A stretch of 64,000 nucleotides of DNA, from contig JADIIX010000001.1 of NCBI GenBank assembly GCA_027604505.1, positions 434,001 through 498,000 on the forward strand, given 5' to 3'. A program made the position numbers and the translations under genes. The notes beneath the pieces are model-generated. The model was not told the DNA's origin. It worked only from the letters and a program-made list of their open reading frames with translations, and searched no databases. Source of the stretch: Gonapodya sp. JEL0774. Lineage: Eukaryota. Shown piece after piece: positions 43,205 to 55,790 of this stretch (within the stretch, counting starts at the first letter, position 1; each line of letters begins with the position of its first letter).

Positions 43205-43364
43205 ACGAGGCATCATGGAGATTGAATTAATTTCATGTACATGTGACAAAAATACAGAGTTTGACTCGAGGGTTCCGCCCCCCCAAAATGCGATAACTTG
43301 AAATTGATCTAACGAAATGCCATTCAGTCCGTACGATCCACAGTCCTCACAATTCTCAGCAACA

Positions 43365-46300
43365 TTATCGTTTCCGCCATTTCATTAGTTTGCTTACGGT
43401 GTCCAATAAGTCCTGCTCCTTTACCGGCTTTCCGAGCATCGCCTGCATTAATCGGTTGTCCAGGTACTTTCGCTCATCATCCTGGCCAGAGTACGCTACC
43501 AAACCAAATGAGCAAAGGTCATTTATGTGTAGTAACTGAGAGGAAACTCACCTGTCACCGCGACGATTGCCCTATCAAATCCCATTTCCCGCAGCTGCTG
43601 AGCAGCACCAATGCCGTCAAGATTAGGCATAAGTATGTCTGCAGAGGTAGAAAAGATAAAAGACCATCAAAACTAAAATCTCCTCTGTCCCCACACCTCG
43701 ATCTTCGATACGCACCCATCAAAACCACATCGTATGTGTCCTTTGCACAGGACTTGATCCTCTCCACGCACTTCAGACCATCTTCGGCTATGTCCACTCG
43801 GAAACCATTGCGCATCAGCATTTTCGCGGTGACTTTAGCGACTACGATATTGTCCTCCGCAAGAAGGATGTGACCCATTGGTGGCGACAGCTCTCCCACA
43901 TCAACGACTCTGGGAGCTGTCTTTGTGATCTTTTTTGGTTTAAAAGGCTGGAAAACAAGCTTTGGTGTTGAGACGACATCTGCGACTGGGGCACAACTTC
44001 CCAGCGTCACACTGTCGACAGTCGAGACTGGTTGCCGGGGATCGTCGGCTTTAGCTACGGCAGACATACCACTCGATGATGTCAAAAGTTTCACGGCTTC
44101 TCCTATTGCCAACTCATCCGGCGCTGGCGTTAGCGTGGAGAGGGACTCGGGAGTTTTCGCATCAACACAATGTCCATGGAAGTGCTCCCATCCCGAATGC
44201 CGCAGTTCTTGTGACCCATCGCACGGCATCTCCGGTACCAAGAGGTTACCATCTTGGGAAGTACCTCCTCCATTTAAAGGCTTCTCGTCAATCGGTAGAG
44301 GTGCAACAGAGGTGACCGGTGAACTTTCGGGTTGCATTAAAGTTTCCAATGACGGCGGTGCCACCACGCGCTCAAGTAGAGTCAACTGATCACTCTGCCC
44401 TGCATTTTCTGTATTGCGTCTACCCTCTGCGCTCATGAATGAGTTTGTCGAACAAGCCAACTGTGACGCCGGCATCACCAGTGTTGAAATGACCTCCGGA
44501 CTAGGTCGCAGTCCATCTGCAGGAGATGGAGGTCTTAATGAGGCCAAGGGATCAAGTGGGCGCACGATACCGATCGAATCCGGATTGGATTGGCCCTCTA
44601 ACGGAGCAGTAGCATGGGGGTGGATAGTGCTGAACTCCACGTCACGAACAAATCGAGGTCGGCTTTCACGCCCCCTTTTGAGAGCGAAGGTAAGCACAGC
44701 GCGTATGGAGCCGTCTCCGTTTTCCTGCATATTAAGTCCTCCTCCCATGCGCTCGGAGAGAGATCTGGAGACAGCGAGCCAAATCCCACTTGCGCCAAAG
44801 TTCTTGCCCGTGCTACTTCCTTGCTCCTGAAAAGGATCCCTTTCCAAAGCGGCTAGAAGAGGGGAAACGTGGTAGGCACTTGTCCCGGATTCAAACGGGT
44901 TGCTGCTACTCGACCCTGGAGTTGGTAAATTCTGGATGTATGAATCCCTACCGGAGCTGAGGCTTTCAGATCCGTCCCCTGAAGTGCTTCTCCGAGCGGA
45001 GCTGATTGACACTTCGACAGCCGAAGTTGCTTCCACTAAAGCAGCTGTCGAGGAATCTCGGAGGATCCGACCCTCCACTTGCACATCTCCGCCAACGTCC
45101 CCTAAAGTCAAGACTGCATAGTCAACCATTTTCCTAATCGCGTCGCGTATTCGACCGTAATCTCCAACGAAGAATCGGACTTCGGTGTCCAGCCACCTAC
45201 CAAGCACCTTCACAGTGCCCCCTCGCCAAGATCCACCGAGAAGCCTCTTCATGTCTACTTCAGTGTCGTGCAATTGGATTTGATCTCGCTGCAGGTCAGT
45301 GTACAGTAAGACGTCTGACACGAGTGAAGCGATGTGACTTCCGGCTTTCGCGATGCTGCAAGTTCCATGTCTCCCTTTTACATATTTCATCTATAAATGT
45401 TATGCAAGAAGTCTTACCTCTGGAGTTCCTCAATCCGATTGGGTGGGTAAGATATATCTCCCATCTCATGACCCTCATCTTCATCCAAGATGAGATGCGA
45501 ATACCCAACAATTGCATGAACTACAAAAGCAAGAGTTTATTGATGGGCAGGGGATGGATGCATCAGCACAACACACCTGGATTACGTAACTCGTGACAGA
45601 GAAATCGTCTGAGATTGCATTTGAGGGAAGGGATTTATCACAGGAGAAATTTATTCGCGGGCAAAAAAAAGCTCACAGAACGCGCTCCGTCCGTCTATCT
45701 GCTTCCTCCTGTGGATAAAAGGGAATTCATTCGGCTCTGGCGAATGACCACACGGATTCTGGCATGCGAAGACTCACAGCTCGCTCCAAAGCAGCTCGGA
45801 GAGCTTGATCCTTCTCGTGCTTTTCAGTAACATCCCGAAATACTACGACTCTGGCGAATCTACGCAGACGTGTGTTGTTATGTTGTCCCGAATCGGCATA
45901 GTGGATTCCAAGCATTGACCAGAGACGAGATACCATGCCTCCTCGCTGCTCATTCGTTACAGGCCGATCACTAACGTCCGATTCATCATCCAGTAAAACT
46001 CCTTGACTGAATGAAGCCTCGGCGGGAAAGTGCGTCCCGTCCTTCCGGGAGACACTAATGGTCCGTGGACTGTTTATTGAAGTACCTTGTTTATTGTAAG
46101 ATGGTCTCGACTCGAGCGCACCATTTGCGCTGAGCAATTGTGAAGGAACGTGGACACCAGGAATTGATGACACTGTTGAATCTAGCTTCACAGATGATCC
46201 TGATGCTATCCGTCGTTTCAAGGAACCTGTGCTGCCAAGCTGTCCCTGCTTTTCCTTTCCCTGGAGCGCTCCATCAGAAATAATGAGCAGATCGGAGCCG

Positions 46301-48342
46301 TAGAGATTCCCAATGTCCTCTGAAGAGTAACCCGTGGCGTCCAACGCTGCTTTGTTAGCCCCAATGATGCGGCCAGAATCGTCCAAAGCCACCAGAGGGT
46401 CGGGGATAGCTTTGACAATTGCTTTACTGTCGGCTATTATAACGTGGATTTGACCATCAGTTTTCAACTGCTTGGCAGCAAATATCCACCATTAATACTT
46501 ACTATACAGCGCCTCAATCATATTCTTCGTTCTCTTTCGTGCACGAAAGAAGCGCACCACGAGGTAAGCCGCGAAGCATGCAACCAACATTCCTGAATGA
46601 TCGAAGTTAGGTGGAGGCCATCCTCGCTAAGCCTGACAAAACGCACCAGTTACAGAAAACACAATTAGAACTGTAGTTCCAATATCCACTCCGCTGACGT
46701 TCTCGTTGTAATACGACTGTGTTGGAGTACACCTTGTGCCACAAGAATCACTAACTCAATAAGTTTACACCCCCTTCAACAAAACTTACTCCAGCGTCCA
46801 GTTTCGGTCGGCCATAGACGAGCTATAGTTCATGCTATGATTGGCGTACACTGGTGTCAGAACAAGTAGGTATGTTCAGAGACTCAATCAAATGTACCTG
46901 AACGAATCCAATAACACCTCCCCGGTGTTCTCCTTGGCCTCATAAATGACATTGATCCCACTGATACTCCGATCCGACGTATCATACATAGTGAGCCTCA
47001 ACCGGGATGCCAGAGGGGCAGTCTGCTTGTTTCTCGAGACTGAGATAAAGAGACCACCGTCCGGTGCATTCAACACTGAGCCATTGGCGTCGACAGTGAC
47101 GTTCCCGACAAGGTACGCCGAAAAGAAAGTGGACGAAGGGAATACCAGGATTAGGATACCTCTGAGTCCCGCCCACCCTGCTGGATCATACACGTTGGTG
47201 ATGTTCGGGAGTGCCTCCAATGATGCATTCTGGTAGTAGATCGGGGCTATGTATGCGAAACCCAGTTCCGTGTTCCCGTTTGCAAGCACGACTGGAGATG
47301 ATAAGACTCCGCGCCGTGTCCTTAAAGCACGTGTTACTTGCTGCAATCGTTTCAATTAATCGTCCCAACCTCTCACCCACGTGCAAGTTTACACCACAGA
47401 ACTCACCGGCTGACGGATTCTCAATGTATCACTACCCTTGGTTGTGGAGATTGATGAGGTTGAGACGTTCCTGGGGTAGTATCGGTACGTGAGAGGGAGA
47501 TAAAATGGAAGAGGGGAAGTGGAGGCGTTGAATGCTGGCTTTGAAGTGTCAATCGATCCATTCGGGAAAGCTGTCAGTTCATATATTGCTGCGTTGTTTT
47601 GTTTCTCCCACGCTGTGTGACAGTAATGTTGCGAATGTGTCGTCAGTTCATCTCACCGCTTCCTCGACCGAGGAAGTCCTCACCTGGCCTTTGATCCTCC
47701 GAAACTGCATCTGCGTAGGTGAAGGATCTCAAAGCTACAGAATTTATTGCAGAGACACTGGTAAACGCGGCAAAACTCGCTTCCGTGAAGTTTGGCGTAC
47801 TGTAAACGAGCTGACACAAACCAGGCTCAGTAGGATAAGAGAATGAACCACCCATTATATCTCACCGCAACATGATCTTGTATGGTATCCAAGATGAGTT
47901 TCATCTCCAAGGCGACATTTCGCATCCGCGATTGGCATTCGTTTCTGCAAATAGAGCCGTCGGTGAATGTCTCCCTTTTTGCGCTCGTACAAAAGGCAAA
48001 GCACAAAGAACACAAACAGAATGTTGGTCTGGAAGGTAGATTCTTGGTCTCCAATCGGAATAGACTTAGCGGAGAAGTCTATAGTTGAACTTGTGTCAGA
48101 TGAACCCATTTGAATGAGGCGAAGACCGACTCACACAAGCCTACTCCAATTCCCAGTGCAATAAGAAGCATGCATACGAACATGACCATTGCCCAGGTTC
48201 GAGTACTGAAAATCTTTCTCCGCCCAGTTCCGGGTACAATTGCTGGAGACGTCAACCCAAGCGCGGACTCGGCTGTTATCAGTAGAGCAGCCGCATCGGG
48301 GACTTCAATCGCACCAGCGCCAGGAGAGTTCCCCTTTGGCAT
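43365..48342 (-). CDS. hybrid histidine kinase: TM-CHASE-TM-PAS-HisKA-(degenerate HATPase)-receiver
   Basis: TM WAMVMFVCMLLIALGIGVGL; CHASE-like RALRTRRGVLSSPVVLANG..GFAYIAPIYY..LRGILILVF..ADRNWTL; second TM; PAS AIPDPLVALDDSGRIIGANKAALDATGYS..RKDGTHFPAE..VVVFRDVTE; H-box spliced FLCHELRNPVHAIVG; receiver HILLAEDN..YDVVLMDILMPNLDG..GKPV. Confidence 0.9.
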
Positions 48343-48961
48343 AGTTCGAGCTTCCAACACTAAGAGAGGTTCCAAGACGCGAACGGGATTGTATAGGCTC
48401 CTCAGATGGCAACGCCAGTTTCTTCCGCTCCACGCCACCCGCAATCACCAGCGTACGCAGTATTTCAAAAGAAAAGTAGTGTTTCCGGGATGGACGGTCG
48501 GGAAAAGGCACTTTCGCCGCGGATCGACGGGTGCTGACGGTGTCCTGCAAGGAAGAGTGTGGGCCTGACCCAGATAATCGGGAAATGTCGGAGGGTGTAG
48601 TCAAGATAGTGTAGTGTAGTGCTGTCTCGTTATCCGAAGTCGGGGCGTTGAAGTGAAATGTTGGGCCGGTTAGGGGTGTTCTTTATCATGCCTAAAGGGC
48701 ATCACACATATCACGACATCGAATGAGCCCTCAAATCCCAGGGATTATCATCCTCCTGGGAAGCATTGAATTTTTTACATTGTCGAATCCAAATTTTAGT
48801 CAGTACATTGATTTGTAATTGTAACTTTATGTTTGGCTCGTGGCTTCGATTTATCTCGCGTGCAGGTTTGGAGTCTTGCACTCTTTGCGAAACCTCCAAA
48901 CCATTCCAGCGCGAGCTCTTTCACCCAGTTTAAAATTTTACCGTCTTTCGCGCGGAGTAAG

Positions 48962-51205
48962 ATGGACGCCTTGACGTTTCAGCTTCCGCCCCGCTCCTCT
49001 GCCGTATTTAGCGCGGACCCTGCTGTTGGCGCGTTCTCTCACCTCAACAACAGTATCTCCTCGTCCAACGCCGGCGTCGGAATCCCACCTGCCCCATCCA
49101 GCGTGAACACTTTCGCCTCTCGGACCTTCTCTTCGTCCACCGTTTCCGTGTCGAGACCTGAGTCGCTTCCTCTCGCTGGCGTTTCGAAGGATAACATCGC
49201 TTATTACTTCAACCCAGAAGTTGCGAACTTCCATTTTGGAGAGGGTCACCCAATGAAACCACCTCGACTAGCACTTACGCATCACCTTGTGCTCGGATAC
49301 AATCTGCATAGAAAAATGGAGATGTATTGCCCGCGGAGAGCGAGTGATGAGGAGATCGCGGACTTTCACAGTGTTGAGTACATCGAGTTTCTCAAGCGGT
49401 GAGCTCGCACCAGGAGCTCCATATTGGCTTTTCCGAACTTTGACAGTTCTTGTCCAATTGTTGTGGGTCGTATATTCCGGCGTGTCAAAATGCATGATTG
49501 TACATCATGAAGGGTGAACCCGGACAACGCGACCGAGTGGGCCAAGTTCATGGAAAGATTCAACCTTGGAGTCGATGACTGTCCGGTCTTTGAGGGCATG
49601 TATGATTTTTGTCAACTTTACTCTGGTGGTTCCCTCGAGGCTGCGCGGAAGCTTATTACCGGAACAGCGGACATTGCCATCAACTACTCTGGAGGGCTCC
49701 ACCATGCTAAGAAGTTTGAAGCAAGCGGATTTTGCTACATAAATGACATTGTGCTGTCGATTCTGGAGCTGATGAGGTGCGTAGACGGACAAATTTTTCC
49801 CGCAGACAGTTTCCTATGCTAAACATTCGCAAAGGTTTTTCCCCCGGGTGTTGTACATTGACATTGATGTACACCATGGAGATGGCGTTCAGGTTCGTCG
49901 TTCTGCAAAATAGCTTTCAAACGTGTAACTGAAGGTCACTCACACCAACAGGAAGCCTTCTTCGCATGCCCCCGTGTAATGACCGTCTCTTTCCATAAGT
50001 ATGATGGAGCGTTTTTCCCGGGAACAGGCTCTATCGAGGAGATTGGAGTTAAGGCGGGCAAGTATTATTCCATCAACGTCCCTCTGCAAGAATACATCGA
50101 CGATTCCCAGTACTTGTACATCTTCAAACACACTATCTCCTTGGTCATGGACACATTCCGCCCATCTGCTGTTGTTCTTCAGTGTGGTGCGGATTCTCTC
50201 GCCAGTGATCGGCTTGGCTGCTTCAACTTGTCCATTGATGGGCATGGGGAATGCGTCAAATTCGTGAAGTCATACCGCATCCCTATGCTCGTCCTCGGCG
50301 GTGGCGGTTACACCATCCGGAATGTTGCTCGTGCTTGGACATACGAGTGCTCAATTCTCACACACACTGTCGTACCGAACGAACTGCCACGAACAGACTA
50401 CCACGAGCATTTTGGTCCCGACTACTCACTTCACCCCCACATTGTCGACTCCAGTCTACACGATGCCAACACTCGGCAGTCTCTCGATGCAGTTAAACAG
50501 AAAGTTGCAGAGTATCTCCGGTACATCGCAGGGGCACCGTCGGTGCAAATGCAGGATGTGCCTCCCGGAATCTCCGCTTTCATGGATGAGGGCAAATGGC
50601 GGGACGAGGAGGACGATAAATGGCGTGATCGAAGATTTGGGGGTCTCGCGGCAGGTAGCAGGGAGGTGTGGAATGGTAATGACAACGAGTACTTCGAGGG
50701 TGATGTGGACCAAGATGGTGACGAATTCGACGACGATGATGAAGAACTTACTCGCGATGGAAGCAGCATCGATGCGGATCCCTCTCCCGTTGTTCGGCGT
50801 GCTGGATCTCCTTTTCGGCCAGTGAAGCAGCAAACAGAGACGTCGTTTTCAAACGAAGAGAAACAGCTCAATGTCGTGGCCAGTGAGAGGCAGCCAGCGG
50901 CACGATCAGTATTGCCCCATGCGCCAGCACCACGCTTAGCAAATTCCTCGGGGGTGAAATTTGAGCTGAAGGAGGAACCTGGACTCGTGGAGTCTGCAGA
51001 CTCCCTGATGGATGGGGTGCTCGAAGGAAAAATGCTGAAATTGGATGAGGACATTGACATTGATGCCGGAGAAATACTCTCTTTCCAGGTACAGTCTGAT
51101 CAATCATTCGCGGTTGGAGGTAGTGGTCAAGGGGCAAGTGGACTGGGTAATGAAGCCACACGACACAGTGGGGACGATGGGGAAGAAGAAATTGAGGATG
51201 TGTAG
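48962..51205 (+). CDS. class I histone deacetylase, HOS2/HDAC3-like
   Basis: [99 protein letters not shown]. Confidence 0.95.
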
Positions 51206-51541
51206 TTTGATTTCTTCAGCAACTCGAATACCCTCCCTGGATACCAATGTACAGTTAATTTTAGATGGGACTTTGCATGTTGCATAAATTGCAGAAAAAC
51301 CTGTGCGCCAGTTTTTTGATTGATGGCGTGTGCGAACTCTAATCCGCATTGCACCTAGTCAGAGCTTTCGCACCACAAACCAAGTGCGTCTCCACACACT
51401 TCCAAGCTCCCGATACAATCTTGCCACAAGCGAAAAGCCAAGAGTACGCTCCCATGAGAGCGTGATTTATGCACTCTGATTTCCCCATTCTTTCTTTACC
51501 AGAGTAACATTCCTCCAATCACCAACAAATCATTTATCGCA

Positions 51542-52539
51542 ATGCCCAAAGTGAGTTGTTGGAGCGATCACAACGTATCCACCGGTAACTCATCATCTCT
51601 AATACTACGAAGGTATCCGAAGTAATGAGCAAAAGTGCGTTCCTCCTTTCGGCCACTGCGAACTTCCATATGAACTTCACTTGTCGTTTGTGTTACGTCA
51701 CCTCTTTCAAACTTTACACCAGCCCCTCTTTTCGTAAGTCAAATCTTTGAAAGTGTCAATCACACTTTGAATCCCTGTGGCTATTTTGGCTGGTACCATC
51801 AAGGTTGAGAAAAATACGTCGGTACTCGATGCCGCCAAGCTCATGAAAGAGAAGGATGCTGGTTTTCTTCCAGTGAGTGAAGGTGGAAGTGCCGGGAAGA
51901 TGATTGGAACGGTGAGTACACGTGTCTAAGAATGACTTTGCAATTCACACCAACTTCGTTTGTGGGTATGTCACACGATATGCCTCATTCTCAATGGGCC
52001 TGAATAGATAACCGACAGAGACATTGTTATCAATTGTGTTGCGGAGGGTCACGATGCCAAGAGTTGTGAGGTTTCTCACGTGATGGTTGGTCTCATGGAG
52101 CTTATCTTCAATACTCTTCGCTAACTCCATTTCAAATCAATCAAATCTTAAGCACCAAGGCACTCCTTACTGGACTAGTGAGGATGCTGATACGCAGGAG
52201 GCGAGCAAGATGATGGGTAAGTGTTCGGATCACTGACTTCACCCTAAGAAACTCTCTGCTGCATATCATTTTGTGGTTTACCATGTTGATCACGAGTAGC
52301 AGAGAAGCAAGTTCGCCGCTTGCCTGTGATAAACAAGGAGAAAAAGCTTGTAGGAGTTGGTGAGCATCACGAAAGATCATCTACCTGCTACTACCCATCG
52401 GTTTCTGAGCCTTTACAACTATTTTCCAATTTCATTCACGACCTTCCTATGTATTGCAGTTTCTCTTGGTGATATCTCCTCCAAAGCCCCCGAGAAACAC
52501 GCTGCGGAGGCCGTCAAAGGAGTGAGTCAGACCGCGTGA
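51542..52539 (+). CDS. stand-alone CBS-pair (Bateman domain) protein, ~143 aa, 8 exons
   Basis: Hand-spliced: MPK|VSEVMSK|TPLF|VEKNTSVLDAAKLMKEKDAGFLPVSEGGSAGKMIGT|ITDRDIVINCVAEGHDAKSCEVSHVM|HQGTPYWTSEDADTQEASKMM|AEKQVRRLPVINKEKKLVGV|VSLGDISSKAPEKHAAEAVKGVSQTA*. All introns are GT-AG and phase-consistent. Confidence 0.88.
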
Positions 52540-53025
52540 TCACGAAAGAGCAATCACAAACAGTTTGGTGGGACGAGGTGCTGTGACTGATCAGACTGAG
52601 AGTGGATGTGAAGAATCTTGACGAATAGCATTTTTTGTTTCAGAATTGAGAGAAAAATTCAAAGCTCATGATTTAAAAGGGTAGTAGAATTGCGGGATTG
52701 TGATCGGGTTGTCAACTCATTGACAAACTCCAAACCATTGTTGTGACATGGCACAATACGTCCGCGTGACTCGGAATGTGGTGTTCAGTTGACGAACCCT
52801 GTTGCCAATATGTTGCGTTCCTCATAAACGCTTGGTAGGCTGTTTGCGACTGGATCCTCGAACCGAACAGTCAAAGTGAATGCTACCACGCGCAATTTCG
52901 GACTAACCAGTGTAGACGGAATCTCTACTGGTTGCAGTACATTTGATTCTTTCTACAAAAGTTGTATATCAGAGCGGTACTCTATAAATAAGATTGTTAA
53001 GTAGACCCCATACTGATCAACACCT

Positions 53026-55475
53026 TCATAATGCCCCCATCGCCTTCCTTTCCGCCTCTACCACCCGCCAGCCACGCTCCACGCCCTTCCTCTTCATTTC
53101 CATCACCAGATCTAACAATTTCGTGACTACATCTTCAAGACCCTCGCCGCGCTCGTCGAGTACGGAAATGTACGCCTCGTAGCAAGACCTGTCAGGTGAG
53201 GCGCCTGACAAGAGCAGCGCAGACCAGACGTGGTGAGCACGCTGAAGGGCGGCCATGCTATGCGAAGTACTGTAGTAAGGTGACGGTGCAAGAGTTGTAG
53301 GAAGCCGATCGTCCATCCCGTCCGTCTCGCCGATTCCCTTTCCATTTCCCTTATCAATCTTCCCGCTGGTCGCACCCACCACTGTACCTGGCGCCTGCTG
53401 CAGGCTCCCGGAAAACCCCGCCCCGGCCATCCTCAACAAGCTCGCCCACGCACCTGGCGTCATCTTCCGGGACCCGAACTCCTCCTCCGCCAACACCACA
53501 TAATGCCACGCCGCCTTCCAACACTGCTCGAATTGATCTTGCCCGATGCCACCACCGCTCAAAGCCACCAGCTCGCACACATTGATCAAGGCCTCAAACG
53601 TCTCCGCGCCTGGTCGAATACCGTTCTCCAGCATGTGACGGAAAACAATACGCGCGCCATCGAGTCCGGTAGCGTAGTCGCTTGTGTTGGGGTGCTTGGT
53701 TTGGTTTTCCGTGTCTCTTTTAGCGTGGTCGCGACCAACGTTCCCTCCGGCACCAACCCCGGCATTTCCGACACACCGAATTGCCGCCTCATACGCCCTC
53801 CTGTCACCGTGTCCATGACCGCCGTTCCACTTTCCTGCCACAACATCTTCCAGCACCGCGATTGCCTCGCCAGGCATAGATGACCTGGAATAGAGGTCAA
53901 TAAGAAGGGCAGGAGCTTCGGGAGGAAGGACGGGTAAGGTAGGGGGAAGCAGGGAGAGAAGGTGGTGGTAGGACGTAGCTTTGATAGGTTGGGTCACAGA
54001 GCGGAAAGGTGGATCAGCAGACGGGTTAGCCAGTTCGAGACATGAAAGTTATCCAGCGCAGCACACAATTTCTCTGGTGCAACATAGTGCGACCATTTTG
54101 TTCCAAATTGATGCGGTGAAATCTCCCCGTCCTTGTCGCTACAAAACCGGACAATCAAATCCTACCCTAACATCCCCGGCCTTCCCCATGCCCTTCCGCG
54201 TAAGTATCGAAGAAACTCACCGCGTCTGGCCTCTGTGGTCGTTTGCTTGTTGCCTTTCCGTGCTCCCTTCCCTGCTGCATCTCCAGTCGTAATCTTCTGC
54301 CTCACCGACTGGTTCCACACGAGATCTGCAAACACTCTTTGACCGGCGGAGACATCTCCAAGGTCAGCACAAGAGGCGAGCAAGACGAGATGGTGGGGAA
54401 GCGTGTTTGCAGTGGTGCGTTTGGCCGGGCTGGGCGGTGAAGTATAATGGGACGCGACGGTGGAGCGAACATTAAGTGTCCGCACCATGTCGTCGTACAT
54501 GAGTCGCACTCCTCGGTGATTACCGGCGCGAAGCTCGGCCCGCATGGCGAGATAGTAGTCGCGGGCATCCAGGCCACAGTCACTCTCTGATCCCGCATTG
54601 TCCAGGTCCGCCCTGTGGTCCTCTGGATCTCCGGTCCCAGTTCGAGCCCGCAACTGTTGAGCTTCCATAGCAGCAGCAACAGCTTCTTTGGCGTCTCGGA
54701 CGACTCTCCTCGCCACTGCAGCACCGGCGGAGGGGTCGGGGTGTTTCAGGACGGCGGAAAGGACCGCGGTACGATGGGCGGGCGTGAGCAAATGCGTGCG
54801 ACCATGTGACTCGGATGCGGACATATCAAAATCACTGTTACCACGGGACGCTCGCATATTCACGTCGTCCGATATCGCGCGGTAAATGACAGCGACGAGG
54901 GCGGGGTCGGCGGTTCGTATGGCCGCGTCGAGCGAAGGGACATATGCCGGCACGAGAGACATGTCGAGGCGGGATTTGGAAGCACGGCGGGAGGGGGGCG
55001 GTGGAGGCGTGAGGTCCGCGAGGTAGTTGATGGAGGCCAAAGGTGGTGGAGGTTGCGGGTGAGTAGGAGTCGCAGAGGGCGAAGAAGAAAGACGTCGACG
55101 GACTTTGCGGAACGGGGTCGGAGATTGGCCGTTTTCAACATTTGTTATGCGCCATTGCGGCTGGTGGTCGCTTGGTCCCGTTAGTTCTTCACCAACTGCA
55201 GCACCAATCAACACAGCCCCGGACGAGGCAGTAGCCATAAGGCGGGAGTCCACGTGAATTTTCCTAGAGCATCCACTGGGAATTCCTCTACTGCGAGCGA
55301 GGGCCACATTGAAACCCTGGCGATCCGCTGAAGGCACCCGACGAGGCACCAACAGATCCTCGAGCACAGACGACAGGGCGATTCTGGCGATCCTCGAGCG
55401 TGGAGCTGAAACCGGCTTACTGAAAGGGGAAGCGCTTGCTATTGCTCGAGAACACTTGGCTGCCCGGCCGGACAT
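53026..55475 (-). CDS. pentatricopeptide-repeat-like protein, probably mitochondrial
   Basis: R/S/A-rich N-terminus. PPR-like units DARDYYLAMRAELRAGNHRGVRLMYDDMV, ARIVFRHMLENGIRPGAETFEALINVC and SGASPDRSCYEAYISVL..LVMEMKRKGV. Confidence 0.7.
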
Positions 55476-55790
55476 GGTCGGTGGGGTGGGCAAGAAAAGT
55501 TCGTTCCCTGTTTTTTGAACCCGCCTCGTCCTACCCCGAGTGCGTACATCATGCATACATTGCATAACAATCGTAATAATAGTGAGCGGTGAGTCAAAAC
55601 CTTCAAATTTATCACAAATCCAGCAACAATACAAGCGGCCACATTCTTGAGATTATAGCGCACACGTAGTTTAAGATCGACGTTGGGTCTCATGCTGGTG
55701 AATCCTACACTCTCGTTTTTGTTTGTAAATAATAATAACAGACCCGATCATCTGTGAAGTGTGTCCACTTCACGTCGAACATTCCCAAGA

